Source: an uncultured Candidatus Micrarchaeota archaeon (GTDB lineage Archaea; Micrarchaeota; Micrarchaeia; Anstonellales; Bilamarchaeaceae). From it: 64,000 nucleotides of DNA. The DNA lies in NCBI GenBank assembly GCA_963804385.1, contig CAWDQD010000036.1, forward strand, positions 13,250 through 77,249, given 5' to 3'. The notes under the pieces are model-generated. The model did no database searches, was not told the origin of the DNA, and saw only the letters and a program-made list of their open reading frames with translations. This document shows, piece after piece, positions 1 through 9,463 of the stretch (its first letter is position 1; the number at the start of each line of letters is the position of its first letter). The position numbers were made by a program, and so were the translations under genes.

Positions 1-56
1 GGTTCATCGAATCAACTCCTAACGATATAACCGTTTATCCTATTGATAAGCTGCAT

Positions 57-971
57 TTGGCACCGGACAACCATATTTCTATCCTGGAAGTGTACTTTCT
101 GGGGCAGCTTGAGGATTTGCCTCCTCATGCTGGAGGGTGCCCCGAAGGAGCGCTTCTGACCCACCATAGCACGAAATGCCTGCGCGATTCCATAAGAACG
201 AAGAAATTCCTGCTCGGAGTTCGGGATGCGGTAAAAAAGCTGGAATCGGAGAGGGACGAGATACGCGTATGCGATGCGGGCTGCGGCGCGATACCGATTC
301 AGGCGATATACGCCGCGCTATGCTCGGAAAGGGTACATGGCATTGCATTGGAATTGAATTCGTGGTCTGCAGATATAGCCCGGATGATTGTTGATAGGTT
401 GGGGCTTGCTAAACGGATAGATGTCATCGAAGCAGATGCGATAAAATACACCCCTATGCATGGGATAGATCTGCTTGTTTCTGAAACGATGCAATCTGGC
501 CTGACAGCAGAGCCGCTCGTGCAGATAATGTCCAATCTTTCAACGCATGTCACCCCACGCGGTATAATATTGCCGAGCAGAGTAAGTGTTATGGCTGCGC
601 TCGGTTCGGTGGAGGAGTATAAGCTGGCGGATAAGTACGTAAGTATTGGCGGCGGCAACAGCAAAGTCATGAAACTGGATTGGAAGATGGTGACAGACTA
701 CATTCCAGGTGCTAAGCTCGATAGAATCGAGGCCAGATTTTCCACGAGCGAGCTCACGCCAGGATATTATTTTGCGGTAGTCACGAGCGAAGTCGAGATA
801 GGAACTCATATGCTCGGGATGAACCAATCCGCGATCACGGTGCCGCAGATTGCCAGGGAAGCCAAAGGGGAGCCGATGTTCTTTTGCGTGGGGGGCGGCA
901 GGTCCTATGTCGAAATCAGGTATGCACCGGGCGAATTGTTGAACGCCAAAGCCGCGATTGTTCCATGGTGA
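57..971 (+). CDS. Class I SAM-dependent methyltransferase (PRMT-like fold)
   Basis: 304-aa ORF with SAM-binding motif I VCDAGCGAIPIQ, an acidic post-I segment IALELN, and LLVSETMQSGL resembling the PRMT acidic loop. The listed start at 57 is TTG. The frame stays open to base 3, so the true 5' end may lie outside the window. Confidence 0.55.
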   Translation: MAPDNHISILEVYFLGQLEDLPPHAGGCPEGALLTHHSTKCLRDSIRTKKFLLGVRDAVKKLESERDEIRVCDAGCGAIPIQAIYAALCSERVHGIALELNSWSADIARMIVDRLGLAKRIDVIEADAIKYTPMHGIDLLVSETMQSGLTAEPLVQIMSNLSTHVTPRGIILPSRVSVMAALGSVEEYKLADKYVSIGGGNSKVMKLDWKMVTDYIPGAKLDRIEARFSTSELTPGYYFAVVTSEVEIGTHMLGMNQSAITVPQIAREAKGEPMFFCVGGGRSYVEIRYAPGELLNAKAAIVPW

Positions 972-1027
972 GCGGGGTTTTCCCGGGCCCTGAGAATTAT
1001 AAATAGCAACTTCTCTAATCTTAACCG

Positions 1028-2269
1028 ATGAAACGCCCCATATTGGTCCTCTGCATAGACCGCGACAACGACCTTTTCGAGAAGGCCAAGGTCAGCGGCC
1101 CGCTCATAGGCAGGGAGAAGAACCTTGAAGGGGCAGTCAAGCTATCGCTCGCTGACCCGGAGGATCCGGATTCCAACGCCATCTATTGCGCTATCAAGAC
1201 ATTCGACCAGATGCGCGCGGACGGGGAGACGGTCGAGATAGCGACCCTGACCGGGGACAAGAACCTCGGTTTCCGCGCCGACAAGGAGATAAGCGCGCAG
1301 CTGGACCGCATAATACGGGAGATGAACCCCACATCATGCGTGCTCATCACGGACGGGGCCTCGGACGAGGAGATGCTCCCTATCATCAAGTCCAGGCTGA
1401 AGGTCGATTCCACAAAGATCGTCTTCATCAAGCAGGCCAAGGAGCTGGAGAAGACGTATTTCGTGCTCCTCGAGAAGCTCCGCGACCCGTATTTCGCCAA
1501 GATCATCTTCGGCATACCCGGCCTCCTCATACTCCTCCTTTCCCTGTCGTTCTACTTCCAGCTCGGCTGGGCCCCGGTTGGCGTGATAGTCGGGCTCTAC
1601 CTCATAACCAGGGTGCTCGGCATAGAGCATGTCCTGCAGGGGTTGATCAACGACGTGCGCTTCTCGTTCGAGAGGACGAGCTGGGTCGGATACATCGGCG
1701 CAATGGCCATATTCATGATCGGGATCTTCGTGGGGTACCAATCATTCGAGAACGGGATCGCGCTCAGGCTGGCCCCGGAGAAGCTGATCGCGCTGGTCAT
1801 AGGGAACACGGTATGGATACTGCTGATAAGCTTCCTGCTAATCATGGCCGGAGAGGCCATCGACGCCATAATGGACAAGAAGAAATTCAAGACCACCAGA
1901 TACATCCTGTATTCCTCGGCGGCGATCCTCACTTCGTTCATCGTCCTGGTGGGCAGCATCTGGATAGTCAACATCAACCCGCCGTACGTGGATTTCGGGA
2001 CGTTCCTGCTCTGCATCGGAATCGCCATGGTGCTCGGATACGTGTCCATGAGCTTCGTGAACTGGTACCGCAAGGAAGTGATATTGGAGCTTAAGATAGA
2101 GGGCAAGGAAGCGATATCCGAGAACGGCACCTACATCGGCAAGATCGTCGGCATCGACGCTAACAAAGGGAAGCTGATCGTGCAGACCATGTTCGAGAAG
2201 AGGTACACCATACCGCTCTCGGCGGTCAATTCGGTGGACGAGAACGTGGTGCTCAAATCAGAGCAATGA
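1028..2269 (+). CDS. DUF373-family archaeal membrane protein
   Basis: The N-terminal soluble domain (ILVLCIDRDNDL...GREKNLEGAVKLSLADPEDPDSNAIYCAIK) matches my recollection of the DUF373 consensus. It is followed by about 6 hydrophobic helices and a C-terminal soluble tail. Confidence 0.6.
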   Translation: MKRPILVLCIDRDNDLFEKAKVSGPLIGREKNLEGAVKLSLADPEDPDSNAIYCAIKTFDQMRADGETVEIATLTGDKNLGFRADKEISAQLDRIIREMNPTSCVLITDGASDEEMLPIIKSRLKVDSTKIVFIKQAKELEKTYFVLLEKLRDPYFAKIIFGIPGLLILLLSLSFYFQLGWAPVGVIVGLYLITRVLGIEHVLQGLINDVRFSFERTSWVGYIGAMAIFMIGIFVGYQSFENGIALRLAPEKLIALVIGNTVWILLISFLLIMAGEAIDAIMDKKKFKTTRYILYSSAAILTSFIVLVGSIWIVNINPPYVDFGTFLLCIGIAMVLGYVSMSFVNWYRKEVILELKIEGKEAISENGTYIGKIVGIDANKGKLIVQTMFEKRYTIPLSAVNSVDENVVLKSEQ

Positions 2270-4249
2270 TCATTTTATCTTCCTGAGGAGCTCCTCCTTC
2301 TTTTTGCCATCGGCAAGCGCATGCTCGAGGACCTCGTGGATGTCGTTCACCTTGATTATCTCGATCTTGTCGCGCTTGTCTTTCGGGAGGTAGACGTCCT
2401 CGGCATTGGCTGAGGGGATGAGCGCGGTCTTGATGCCGGTCTCTATCGCGGCCTCTATCTTGCCGGTCACGCCGCCCACAGGGAGGACCCTGCCGCGCAC
2501 ATCGAGCGAACCGGTCATCGCGACGTCCTGCTTCACCGGAATGCCGGAAAGGGCGGATATCACCGCCACCGCGGTCGAGATGGAAGCGCTGTCCCCTTCC
2601 ACGCCTTCGTATGTCTGGAGGTATTGTATGTGGAGGTCCATCCGCGATATCTCTGTGCCTATGTATTTCTTGAATATGGCGGAAACATTATCTACTGCCT
2701 CTTTCGCTATGGTCCCGAGCTTCCCTGTCGCTATCACGCGGCCTTCGCTCCTCGAAGCGGAAGGCGTGGCTTCCGCGACTATCGGGAGGACCAATCCTGA
2801 GCGCGAATCGCCGAGAATGGCGAGCCCGTTCACGCGGCCGACTTCCGCGCCTTTGGTGATTATGGTCTGGTACTCCTTTTTCATCTCAATCATCTTGGCA
2901 CCGACCTGGCTCTCCACGGAGCGGAACACCTGCTTGGCTTCGACCACGTCGGACTTCAGGACCAGCTGGTGCGATCTTTCCTTGGCGACATCCCCTGCCG
3001 CGCGGACTAGGCCGCCGAGCTCGCGCAGGTTGAGCGAGAACCTCTTCCTCCGTCCCGCCATGCGCCTCGCTTCCTCGATTATCTCGTTCACGGCATCCGC
3101 ATCGAAATGCGGGATCTTCCCGTCGCGCTTCACTTCCTGCGCGATGAAGCGCACGAGCTTCTCCTCGTTCTCCGGAGTGTCCTCCATGGAATCCTCCACG
3201 TAGACGTCGTATCCTCCGCCCCTGACACGAGATCGCAGGGCGGGGTGGATGTTCACCATGTCCGGGACGTTGCCCGCGGCGACGAGCACGAAATCGGTCG
3301 GCACCGGCTGCGTCTTCACCAATGCGCCCGAGCTCATCTCGCTCTGGCCCGTGATCGGGTATTTCTTCTCCTGCATGGCCGTGAGTATCTCCTGCTGCGA
3401 GTTCAGCTTCATCGAAGCGATCTCGTCTATGAAGAGCACCCCCTTGTTCGCCTGGTGGATCGCCCCGGCCTCCACACGGAGGTGAGCCGGCGTTCCGAGG
3501 CCGCCTGACTGCAACGGATCGTGCTTGATGTCCCCTAGAAGGGATCCCGACCGCGAACCGGTCGCATCTATGAATGGCGCCGTGGATTTGTCGCTGTTGT
3601 CGATTATCAGCTTCGGCCCGACGGACTCGTTCGACATGAGGCGTCGGCCGAGCCCGGACGTGGCGTTCGATATTATGAACAGGAGGCCGAGGCCCAGAAT
3701 CGAGACCACTGCGAGGAGTTTCATGCTGTCCGGGATCTCGCTTGAGAAGGCGATCGCCAGCAGCAATATCCCGGCCAAGGCGATTATGAGGAACGATGAG
3801 GGGCCCTTCTGGTCATCCTTGGGCTTCTGGTAGTTCATTATCCTGCGCCCCAGACCGAAGCGGAGCTGCTTTGCCAGATCCAATTTAAGCTTCGGGTCGT
3901 CGGCCGCCCTCTTTATCTTCGCTAGCTCTTGCGGCGAGTAGAATTTCACGAATTCGGGGTTCTTCTTGATATACTCTGCGTCGGGGAAGGCTTTCAGCAC
4001 CCGCACCAATGGCTGGTTCTCGTTGTTCGGGTTCGGATACACGAGCACGTCTTCGAGCTCCTCCTTCTGCATCAGCTCGGCCATTGCCTGGGCCATCATG
4101 CTCTTGCCTGTGCCCGGCGGTCCGACTAGAAGCACGTTCCTTTTCTGCCTGGCGGCCTTCTTCACTATGTCGACCGCCTTATCCTGGCCGATTATCTGGT
4201 CTATCAGCCGTTCCGGTACAGGTACATCTGCCGTGGTCGTGTATTTCAT
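2270..4249 (-). CDS. lonB: Membrane-bound archaeal Lon protease (LonB)
   Basis: Walker A GPPGTGKS, hydrophobic insert [16 protein letters not shown]...[11 protein letters not shown], Walker B VLFIDEI, and a Lon proteolytic domain [24 protein letters not shown]. The start is moved from 4303 to the ATG at 4249 ([22 protein letters not shown]). That start sits 26 nt downstream of a TATA-like box and matches the usual LonB N-terminus. Confidence 0.9.
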   Translation of the reverse strand: MKYTTTADVPVPERLIDQIIGQDKAVDIVKKAARQKRNVLLVGPPGTGKSMMAQAMAELMQKEELEDVLVYPNPNNENQPLVRVLKAFPDAEYIKKNPEFVKFYSPQELAKIKRAADDPKLKLDLAKQLRFGLGRRIMNYQKPKDDQKGPSSFLIIALAGILLLAIAFSSEIPDSMKLLAVVSILGLGLLFIISNATSGLGRRLMSNESVGPKLIIDNSDKSTAPFIDATGSRSGSLLGDIKHDPLQSGGLGTPAHLRVEAGAIHQANKGVLFIDEIASMKLNSQQEILTAMQEKKYPITGQSEMSSGALVKTQPVPTDFVLVAAGNVPDMVNIHPALRSRVRGGGYDVYVEDSMEDTPENEEKLVRFIAQEVKRDGKIPHFDADAVNEIIEEARRMAGRRKRFSLNLRELGGLVRAAGDVAKERSHQLVLKSDVVEAKQVFRSVESQVGAKMIEMKKEYQTIITKGAEVGRVNGLAILGDSRSGLVLPIVAEATPSASRSEGRVIATGKLGTIAKEAVDNVSAIFKKYIGTEISRMDLHIQYLQTYEGVEGDSASISTAVAVISALSGIPVKQDVAMTGSLDVRGRVLPVGGVTGKIEAAIETGIKTALIPSANAEDVYLPKDKRDKIEIIKVNDIHEVLEHALADGKKKEELLRKIK

Positions 4250-4274
4250 CGGTAATACTGAGAGTATTAGGTGT

Positions 4275-4281
4275 ATAAATG
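4275..4281 (-). promoter_or_regulatory. TATA-like box for leaderless lonB
   Basis: The minus-strand sequence ATTTATA lies about 26 nt upstream of the proposed ATG at 4249. Confidence 0.4.
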
Positions 4282-4373
4282 TTTTTCCGTATTTTCGGGC
4301 CAAATCCGGCCCTGTGGGGTGGTTTTATAAGCATAATTAACCATCAATTTTAACCTATATTGAGGGAAATCCG

Positions 4374-5393
4374 ATGCATATGGGCAATGGCGGAGGGAGA
4401 TTAGCTAGCGATGCTTCAGCCGCCGCCACGAAACGGTTCGGCAGTTATGAAGTTGAGACCGAGCGCTCGGCTAGGACACATCAAGTGGGATCGAATCCTG
4501 CCTTGGATGGGATATGGGGAGCGTGGGCGGCTTGCAGACTCGGGATATATTTTGGCGGTAGCCAGCTACAGAGGAGTTATGAGAAGATCCTTTATGGGAT
4601 AAGGGAACTAAAATATTCCGCGGCTGATATCGAGTCGCTTTCCCTTGAGCTCATCAATTGGCAAGGTGAAGAAAGTTTCTCGGAGAAAGCAGGTCTTTTC
4701 CTGAGCGCATTGATAAACACCTCCCAAGAGGATGGATTCGTCATCCATACCGCGAATCTGAATCGCATAAATCTCATAGGATACTGCAACGAGAAGGAAG
4801 TCATTGTGAAGGGGAATTGCAATAGGGGGGTCGGCTCTGAAATGAAAGGGGGTAGTATCCAGGTCGACGGGAATGCCGAGGAGATCGGGTCTGGCATGGA
4901 ATGCGGCAAAATAACAGTGAATGGAAACGCGGATGGCAATATCGGATGGTTCATGAAAGGCGGGGAGATAACGGTGGAAGGAAATGCGGGCGAAGTCGGC
5001 AGATGCATGTTCAATGGCTCCATCACTGTGACTGGAGATGTTGAGCAGCTTGGGTGTCATATGCTTGAGGGCACGATCCTTGTGGGGGGAAACACGGGGG
5101 ATAATTTATGCTTGAATATGTCTGGCGGTTTGATAACGATACGCGGGAATGCAGGTATCGGGATTGGACAGGGACAAAACGGCGGATCAATAACTGTGAA
5201 CGGGAACGCGGGCGAATTGCTTGGCATCCAGATGGCAGATGGGATAATCATGGTGAATGGGAATGCTGGCAAAGATATCGGCTTGGAAATGAGCGGGGGA
5301 GAGATCCACATCGATGGGGATCAGCCTCGCATAAGCGATGAACTCGTATCAGGCAAGGTCTTCCACAAGGGCAGATTGATATTCGAAAAGTGA
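4374..5393 (+). CDS. GXGXG beta-helix repeat protein, paralog A (FwdC/GltB C-terminal-like repeats, novel N-domain)
   Basis: The roughly 150-aa N-domain shares KAGLFLSALIN..EDGFVIHTA with the next three ORFs. It is followed by 9 units of 18-19 aa of the type GNAG..IG..M.GG.I.V.G. A GAGGG Shine-Dalgarno sequence lies 8 nt upstream of the ATG. Confidence 0.75.
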   Translation: MHMGNGGGRLASDASAAATKRFGSYEVETERSARTHQVGSNPALDGIWGAWAACRLGIYFGGSQLQRSYEKILYGIRELKYSAADIESLSLELINWQGEESFSEKAGLFLSALINTSQEDGFVIHTANLNRINLIGYCNEKEVIVKGNCNRGVGSEMKGGSIQVDGNAEEIGSGMECGKITVNGNADGNIGWFMKGGEITVEGNAGEVGRCMFNGSITVTGDVEQLGCHMLEGTILVGGNTGDNLCLNMSGGLITIRGNAGIGIGQGQNGGSITVNGNAGELLGIQMADGIIMVNGNAGKDIGLEMSGGEIHIDGDQPRISDELVSGKVFHKGRLIFEK

Positions 5394-5397
5394 CCCC

Positions 5398-6135
5398 ATG
5401 GATGCTGCATACCAAATTATAAGAAAAATCCCGCCTACGCTGGCAGCTTCCAGGATGTTCAGGGGATTCAATCTAGAAACCGAGCGCCCGGTAAGAGCAC
5501 GACAAGTGGAATCGAATCAAGTCCTTGAGGATATGAAAGGGCTGTGGGCAAGATTCAGCATCGATAACAGGGTACTGACTGATGAAAACGCATATGCCGA
5601 GACGCATGAAGAAGTAAGAAAGCTGGGGCATTCCGCGGATGATGTGGAGGAATTTTCCATCGCGCTCGCTGAATTCCAGGGCGAACCGGATTTCTCTGCT
5701 AAAGCAGGCGCTTTCCTCAGCATATTGATCAACGACTGCCGAGAAGATAAATTCGTCATCCATACTGCCCATATCACCAAGCAAATCCACCATATTGGGA
5801 CGCGAAACACGAAGGATATCATCGTGGAAGGAGATGCTGGCTATGCTGTCGGCTATTGTATGAAAAGCGGTTCGATTGCAGTGAAGGGGGATGCGGACCA
5901 TTCTGTCGGTTGCGGGATGAAAAGCGGGACGATAACCGTGAGGGGGAATGCAGGCACCAATGTCGGGATCAGGATGGAAGGCGGCACCATAATTGTCGAA
6001 GGGAATGCTGACGGTAATATCGGAGTTTGGATGAAAGACGGTTCCATAATCGTAAGAGGCTATGGCGGCAATGGCGCCAGCAAGGACTGCTCGGGCGGAA
6101 GCATAATCGTGGAATGCTGGCTGGGCAATAGGTGA
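5398..6135 (+). CDS. GXGXG beta-helix repeat protein, paralog B
   Basis: Same N-domain (TLAASRMFRGF..., KAGAFLSILIN..EDKFVIHTAH) followed by 5 GXGXG units. It starts 4 nt after paralog A. Confidence 0.75.
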   Translation: MDAAYQIIRKIPPTLAASRMFRGFNLETERPVRARQVESNQVLEDMKGLWARFSIDNRVLTDENAYAETHEEVRKLGHSADDVEEFSIALAEFQGEPDFSAKAGAFLSILINDCREDKFVIHTAHITKQIHHIGTRNTKDIIVEGDAGYAVGYCMKSGSIAVKGDADHSVGCGMKSGTITVRGNAGTNVGIRMEGGTIIVEGNADGNIGVWMKDGSIIVRGYGGNGASKDCSGGSIIVECWLGNR

Positions 6136-6140
6136 TTCTC

Positions 6141-6929
6141 ATGGAAACTGCACTTCAGGTTGAAAGAAGACCTACGAGACTTGCAGCATCCGGCAGATTC
6201 AGACAGTTCATGCCAGAGATTGAGCACGATGTGAGGATAGCCAAAGTCGAGATTAATCCGCAGCTCGAAGAATTGTGCGCGGTTTGGAGAAGGATCAAAG
6301 TTGCTGATGCCGTATATATCGCGCATTATTATAGCATGATTCGCGATGCGGCGGGAGGCCTCAGATATTCGGCAAAAGACGTCGAAACATTTTCCATCGC
6401 GCTCAGCGCATACCAAAGGGATGGATGGTTCCCGTACAAAGCCGGCCTTTTTCTCAGCGCTTTGATCAACATAAGCAAAGAGGACGAATTCGTCATCCAT
6501 ACCACTCATCTTGCCGAACCAGTCCATTATCTCGGAATATACAACACGAAAAGAATCTCTGTGCATGGGGATGCAGGGATGTATGCGGGCAACCTGATGA
6601 AGAGCGGCACGATGATCGTTGATGGGAACACTGATTTCCGTCTTGGTTGCGATATGAAGGGCGGATGCATAATCCTTAAGGGGGATACCGGGAATGAGGT
6701 CGGCTCGCGTATGGCTGACGGATCAATCGTCGTAGAAGGGAATGCCCATGATTTTGTCGGAGCGTATATGGATGGGGGCGAAATCACGATTGGGGGGAAC
6801 ACCCGGGGCCTTGGCCACCACATGAGGGGAGGCCGCATCTCCATCAACGGGAATTTTGAATTCATCTCCACAGGCCAGATGATAAGCGGGAAGATTTTCC
6901 ATAAGGGAGAATTAATCGTGGAAAAGTGA
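6141..6929 (+). CDS. GXGXG beta-helix repeat protein, paralog C
   Basis: Same architecture with 5 repeat units, ending GKIFHKGELIVEK. The ORF track starts at GTG 6132, but ATG 6141 (METALQVERR) aligns with the starts of paralogs B and D. Confidence 0.75.
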   Translation: METALQVERRPTRLAASGRFRQFMPEIEHDVRIAKVEINPQLEELCAVWRRIKVADAVYIAHYYSMIRDAAGGLRYSAKDVETFSIALSAYQRDGWFPYKAGLFLSALINISKEDEFVIHTTHLAEPVHYLGIYNTKRISVHGDAGMYAGNLMKSGTMIVDGNTDFRLGCDMKGGCIILKGDTGNEVGSRMADGSIVVEGNAHDFVGAYMDGGEITIGGNTRGLGHHMRGGRISINGNFEFISTGQMISGKIFHKGELIVEK

Positions 6930-6934
6930 TTCTC

Positions 6935-7663
6935 ATGGACGCTGCACTTCAGATTGAACGGAGATCTACGAGACTTGCGGCTTCCGGCAGGTTCGGCGCT
7001 TTCAAGTCAGAGAGCGAGCAGCGGGTCAGAAAACATGAAGTGGAATCGAATCATGCCGTCGAAAGTATGCGGGAGGCTTGGTTAAGATGCACCCCCGGAC
7101 CCAAAGAGATAGGAGCGCGTTACGAGATTTTTCTTGATGGGATAAAAGATTTGGAATATTCGGCTGGAGATGTCGGGTCCTTTTCCATCTTGCTATCCGA
7201 ATTCCGGGATGATGGTTTTTTCCGCACGAGCGCAGGGCTTTTCCTCAGCGCATTAATCAACAATTGCAAAGATGATGGATTCACAATCCACACGGCCCAT
7301 TTTACAGAGCCGATCTTCTTCATCGGATATAGGAACACGAAGGATATGACAGTGGACGGCGATGCCGAATCGACGCTCGGGGAAAATATGTTGGGAGGCT
7401 CCATAATCGTGGAGGGGGCTGCTAAGAATATGGTCGGAGAGCTGATGGAAGAGGGCTCAATAATCGTGAAGGGGGATGCTGGCGAGCATGTCGGCATAAA
7501 TATGAAAGGCGGCGTGATAACCGTGGAAGGCAATGCCAAAAAGGCTGCCGGCTGGCAAATGACGGGCGGCGAGATCCGTATAGAAGGCGATATCGAAAGC
7601 ATCGCCAAAAACCTAATCCACGGAAAGATATTCCACAAAGGGAGATTGATTGTGGATAAGTGA
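6935..7663 (+). CDS. GXGXG beta-helix repeat protein, paralog D
   Basis: Same architecture with 4 repeat units, ending GKIFHKGRLIVDK. ATG 6935 (MDAALQIERR) is preferred over GTG 6926. Confidence 0.75.
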   Translation: MDAALQIERRSTRLAASGRFGAFKSESEQRVRKHEVESNHAVESMREAWLRCTPGPKEIGARYEIFLDGIKDLEYSAGDVGSFSILLSEFRDDGFFRTSAGLFLSALINNCKDDGFTIHTAHFTEPIFFIGYRNTKDMTVDGDAESTLGENMLGGSIIVEGAAKNMVGELMEEGSIIVKGDAGEHVGINMKGGVITVEGNAKKAAGWQMTGGEIRIEGDIESIAKNLIHGKIFHKGRLIVDK

Positions 7664-7664
7664 T

Positions 7665-8906
7665 TCAGGACACTATCCTCACGTTCTTGAAAGCGATGCG
7701 CGGGGATATCAGCGAGCCGAAGGATTTCTGCCCTTTCTCTATCCCTTCGATGTTCGAGAGCATGTCGAATATGTTCCCGGTTATCATGAAGCCCTTGATC
7801 GGAGTCCGCTTGCCCTTCTCGACCAGGAACGCGGCGCTCGCTTCCAGCCCTATGTCCCCGGTAGTTGGGTTCGCGGTGTGGGAGCCGTGCGCGTAATGGA
7901 GCTCTATGAACCGATCCAATTCGCCGAAATCCGAGACATCTCCGGGAGATATGACGATGTTCGATGATCCGATGGATGGGGCGGAATCGTACCCGTCGCG
8001 GGTGCACACGCCAGGCTTGGGGCCCAGCGTGCCGCCTTGCCGGGCTTCCAGAGCGGACGTCTCGCGATCGTACATGAACGATTTCACAGCCCCGTTCTCG
8101 ACAAGCGGTTTTCTTTCAGACGGGGTGCCTTCGTCATCGAACGGCCTGCTCTCCGTGCCCTGGGCCAGACCGTCCTCGTACATGCTGAATTTTTCCGAGA
8201 ACAACTTCGCCCCGACGGATAATCTCGTTATGCCGCGGCGCTTCCAGTCTCCTGAGAATGAAGGGATGAACGTGTCCAGGAGGCTCATGAGGGCTTCGGG
8301 CTCCGCCACCAAGGTGTAGGTCCCGGATTCGGGCTTCTTCGCCCCGCGCATGTCGGAGGCCATCCGCCCTGCTTCGGTGCCCAGATCATGCACGGACGAT
8401 GGCCGCTTGCACGAGCCCAGATACCCTGATCCGTATCCGTCATCGTGCATGCACTCGATGTAAAGCGAGAAATCGGTCTTGTCGTACTCGCCCCGGAACC
8501 CTTCGGTGTTCTCGAGGCTGACGTGCGAGCGACTGACCGACAGCATGACGCGCGCTTTCCCGCCGAGGGCTTCAGCGCCGTCGCGCGCCTCGTCCACGAA
8601 GCCGCGCAGGGACTGGTAGTCATCAGTTGAAAGCGACGAATCGGATATGTCGGATTTCGGATAGGATGAGGACGGGGGGAACGAGAAGCCGCTCTGCACC
8701 GAGAAACGGGACATCTTCTTCGCCTCTTCCACGGTTTTCTTCAGGTCATCCGATTTCTGGCAGTACGCGAAGCCCAGCCGCCCCTTGTCGAATGCGCGGA
8801 CGCCATAGCCCAGGGAAGAGTCCATCTCTTTCGTCTTGAGCTCGCCGCTAGAGAAGAGCAGGGATATGGAATCTGCGGAGAGCGAATACACCTCATGGAT
8901 GGACAT
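7665..8906 (-). CDS. TldD/PmbA-family metallopeptidase
   Basis: The N-terminus GYGVRAFDKGRLGFAYCQ and the C-terminus HGSHTANPTTGDIGLEASAAFLVEKGKRTPIKG are typical of the PmbA/TldD fold. The product is 413 aa. Confidence 0.8.
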   Translation of the reverse strand: MSIHEVYSLSADSISLLFSSGELKTKEMDSSLGYGVRAFDKGRLGFAYCQKSDDLKKTVEEAKKMSRFSVQSGFSFPPSSSYPKSDISDSSLSTDDYQSLRGFVDEARDGAEALGGKARVMLSVSRSHVSLENTEGFRGEYDKTDFSLYIECMHDDGYGSGYLGSCKRPSSVHDLGTEAGRMASDMRGAKKPESGTYTLVAEPEALMSLLDTFIPSFSGDWKRRGITRLSVGAKLFSEKFSMYEDGLAQGTESRPFDDEGTPSERKPLVENGAVKSFMYDRETSALEARQGGTLGPKPGVCTRDGYDSAPSIGSSNIVISPGDVSDFGELDRFIELHYAHGSHTANPTTGDIGLEASAAFLVEKGKRTPIKGFMITGNIFDMLSNIEGIEKGQKSFGSLISPRIAFKNVRIVS

Positions 8907-8938
8907 ATCCTTAAAATTGGTGGGCGGGATTTAAAACC

Positions 8939-9463
8939 ATGAGACTCTTTGTTGCCGTGCAGGTGCCGCAAGCGCTGAAAGAGAAGGCTGCCTCGCTCTC
9001 TAACGAGCTGCCCGCCGCTGCCATAACCCCGGTCCGGCCGGAGAACATGCACCTCACCCTCAGATTCATCGGAGAAACGGATGAGAAGGCCAAGGATGAG
9101 ATCGTGCAAAAACTGGAGAAGATACGAATCAAGATGTTCAGATGCACGCTGCGCGGAGTCGGCGTTTTCCCGAGCAAGGATTACGTCCGGGTCGTCTGGG
9201 CCGGGGTGGAGAGCGGAGGGGCGCTCGAAGCGTTGGCGAACGAAGTGATAGGCGCGCTCCAAGGATACGGCAAAGAAGAGGAAAGGGACTTCATAGCGCA
9301 CCTCACAATAGTGAGAGTGAGAAGGAAGATCGATGCAGCGCCATTCCTCAAGAAACACAAGGATGACGTCTTCGGGGAATTCACGATACCGCGATTCGAG
9401 CTGATGGAAAGCATACTTGGCCCCTCGGGTCCGGAATACCGGCTGGTGAAAGCATTTGGCTGA
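8939..9463 (+). CDS. thpR: RNA 2',3'-cyclic phosphodiesterase / 2'-5' RNA ligase (LigT/ThpR family)
   Basis: Two HxT motifs (HLTLRF and HLTIVR) are present in a 174-aa protein that begins MRLFVAV. Confidence 0.85.
   Translation: MRLFVAVQVPQALKEKAASLSNELPAAAITPVRPENMHLTLRFIGETDEKAKDEIVQKLEKIRIKMFRCTLRGVGVFPSKDYVRVVWAGVESGGALEALANEVIGALQGYGKEEERDFIAHLTIVRVRRKIDAAPFLKKHKDDVFGEFTIPRFELMESILGPSGPEYRLVKAFG

Noticed and set aside
4374-7663. Annotating the four GXGXG ORFs as formylmethanofuran dehydrogenase subunit C or glutamate synthase subunits.
   Set aside because: Only the repeat motif is shared. No fwdA/B/D or gltB/D partners are nearby, and the N-terminal domain is unlike either family as far as I can tell.
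7120-8007. A 295-aa minus-strand ORF spanning the end of GXGXG paralog D and the end of the TldD/PmbA gene. Comparable ORFs occur at 13545-14342, 14765-15523, 17128-17763 and 53476-54360.
   Set aside because: All are antisense or out of frame relative to genes with clear family motifs (GXGXG, PmbA, SBDS, PLP enzyme, Rrp41/42, ankyrin). They show low-complexity Arg/Pro/Ser-rich composition.
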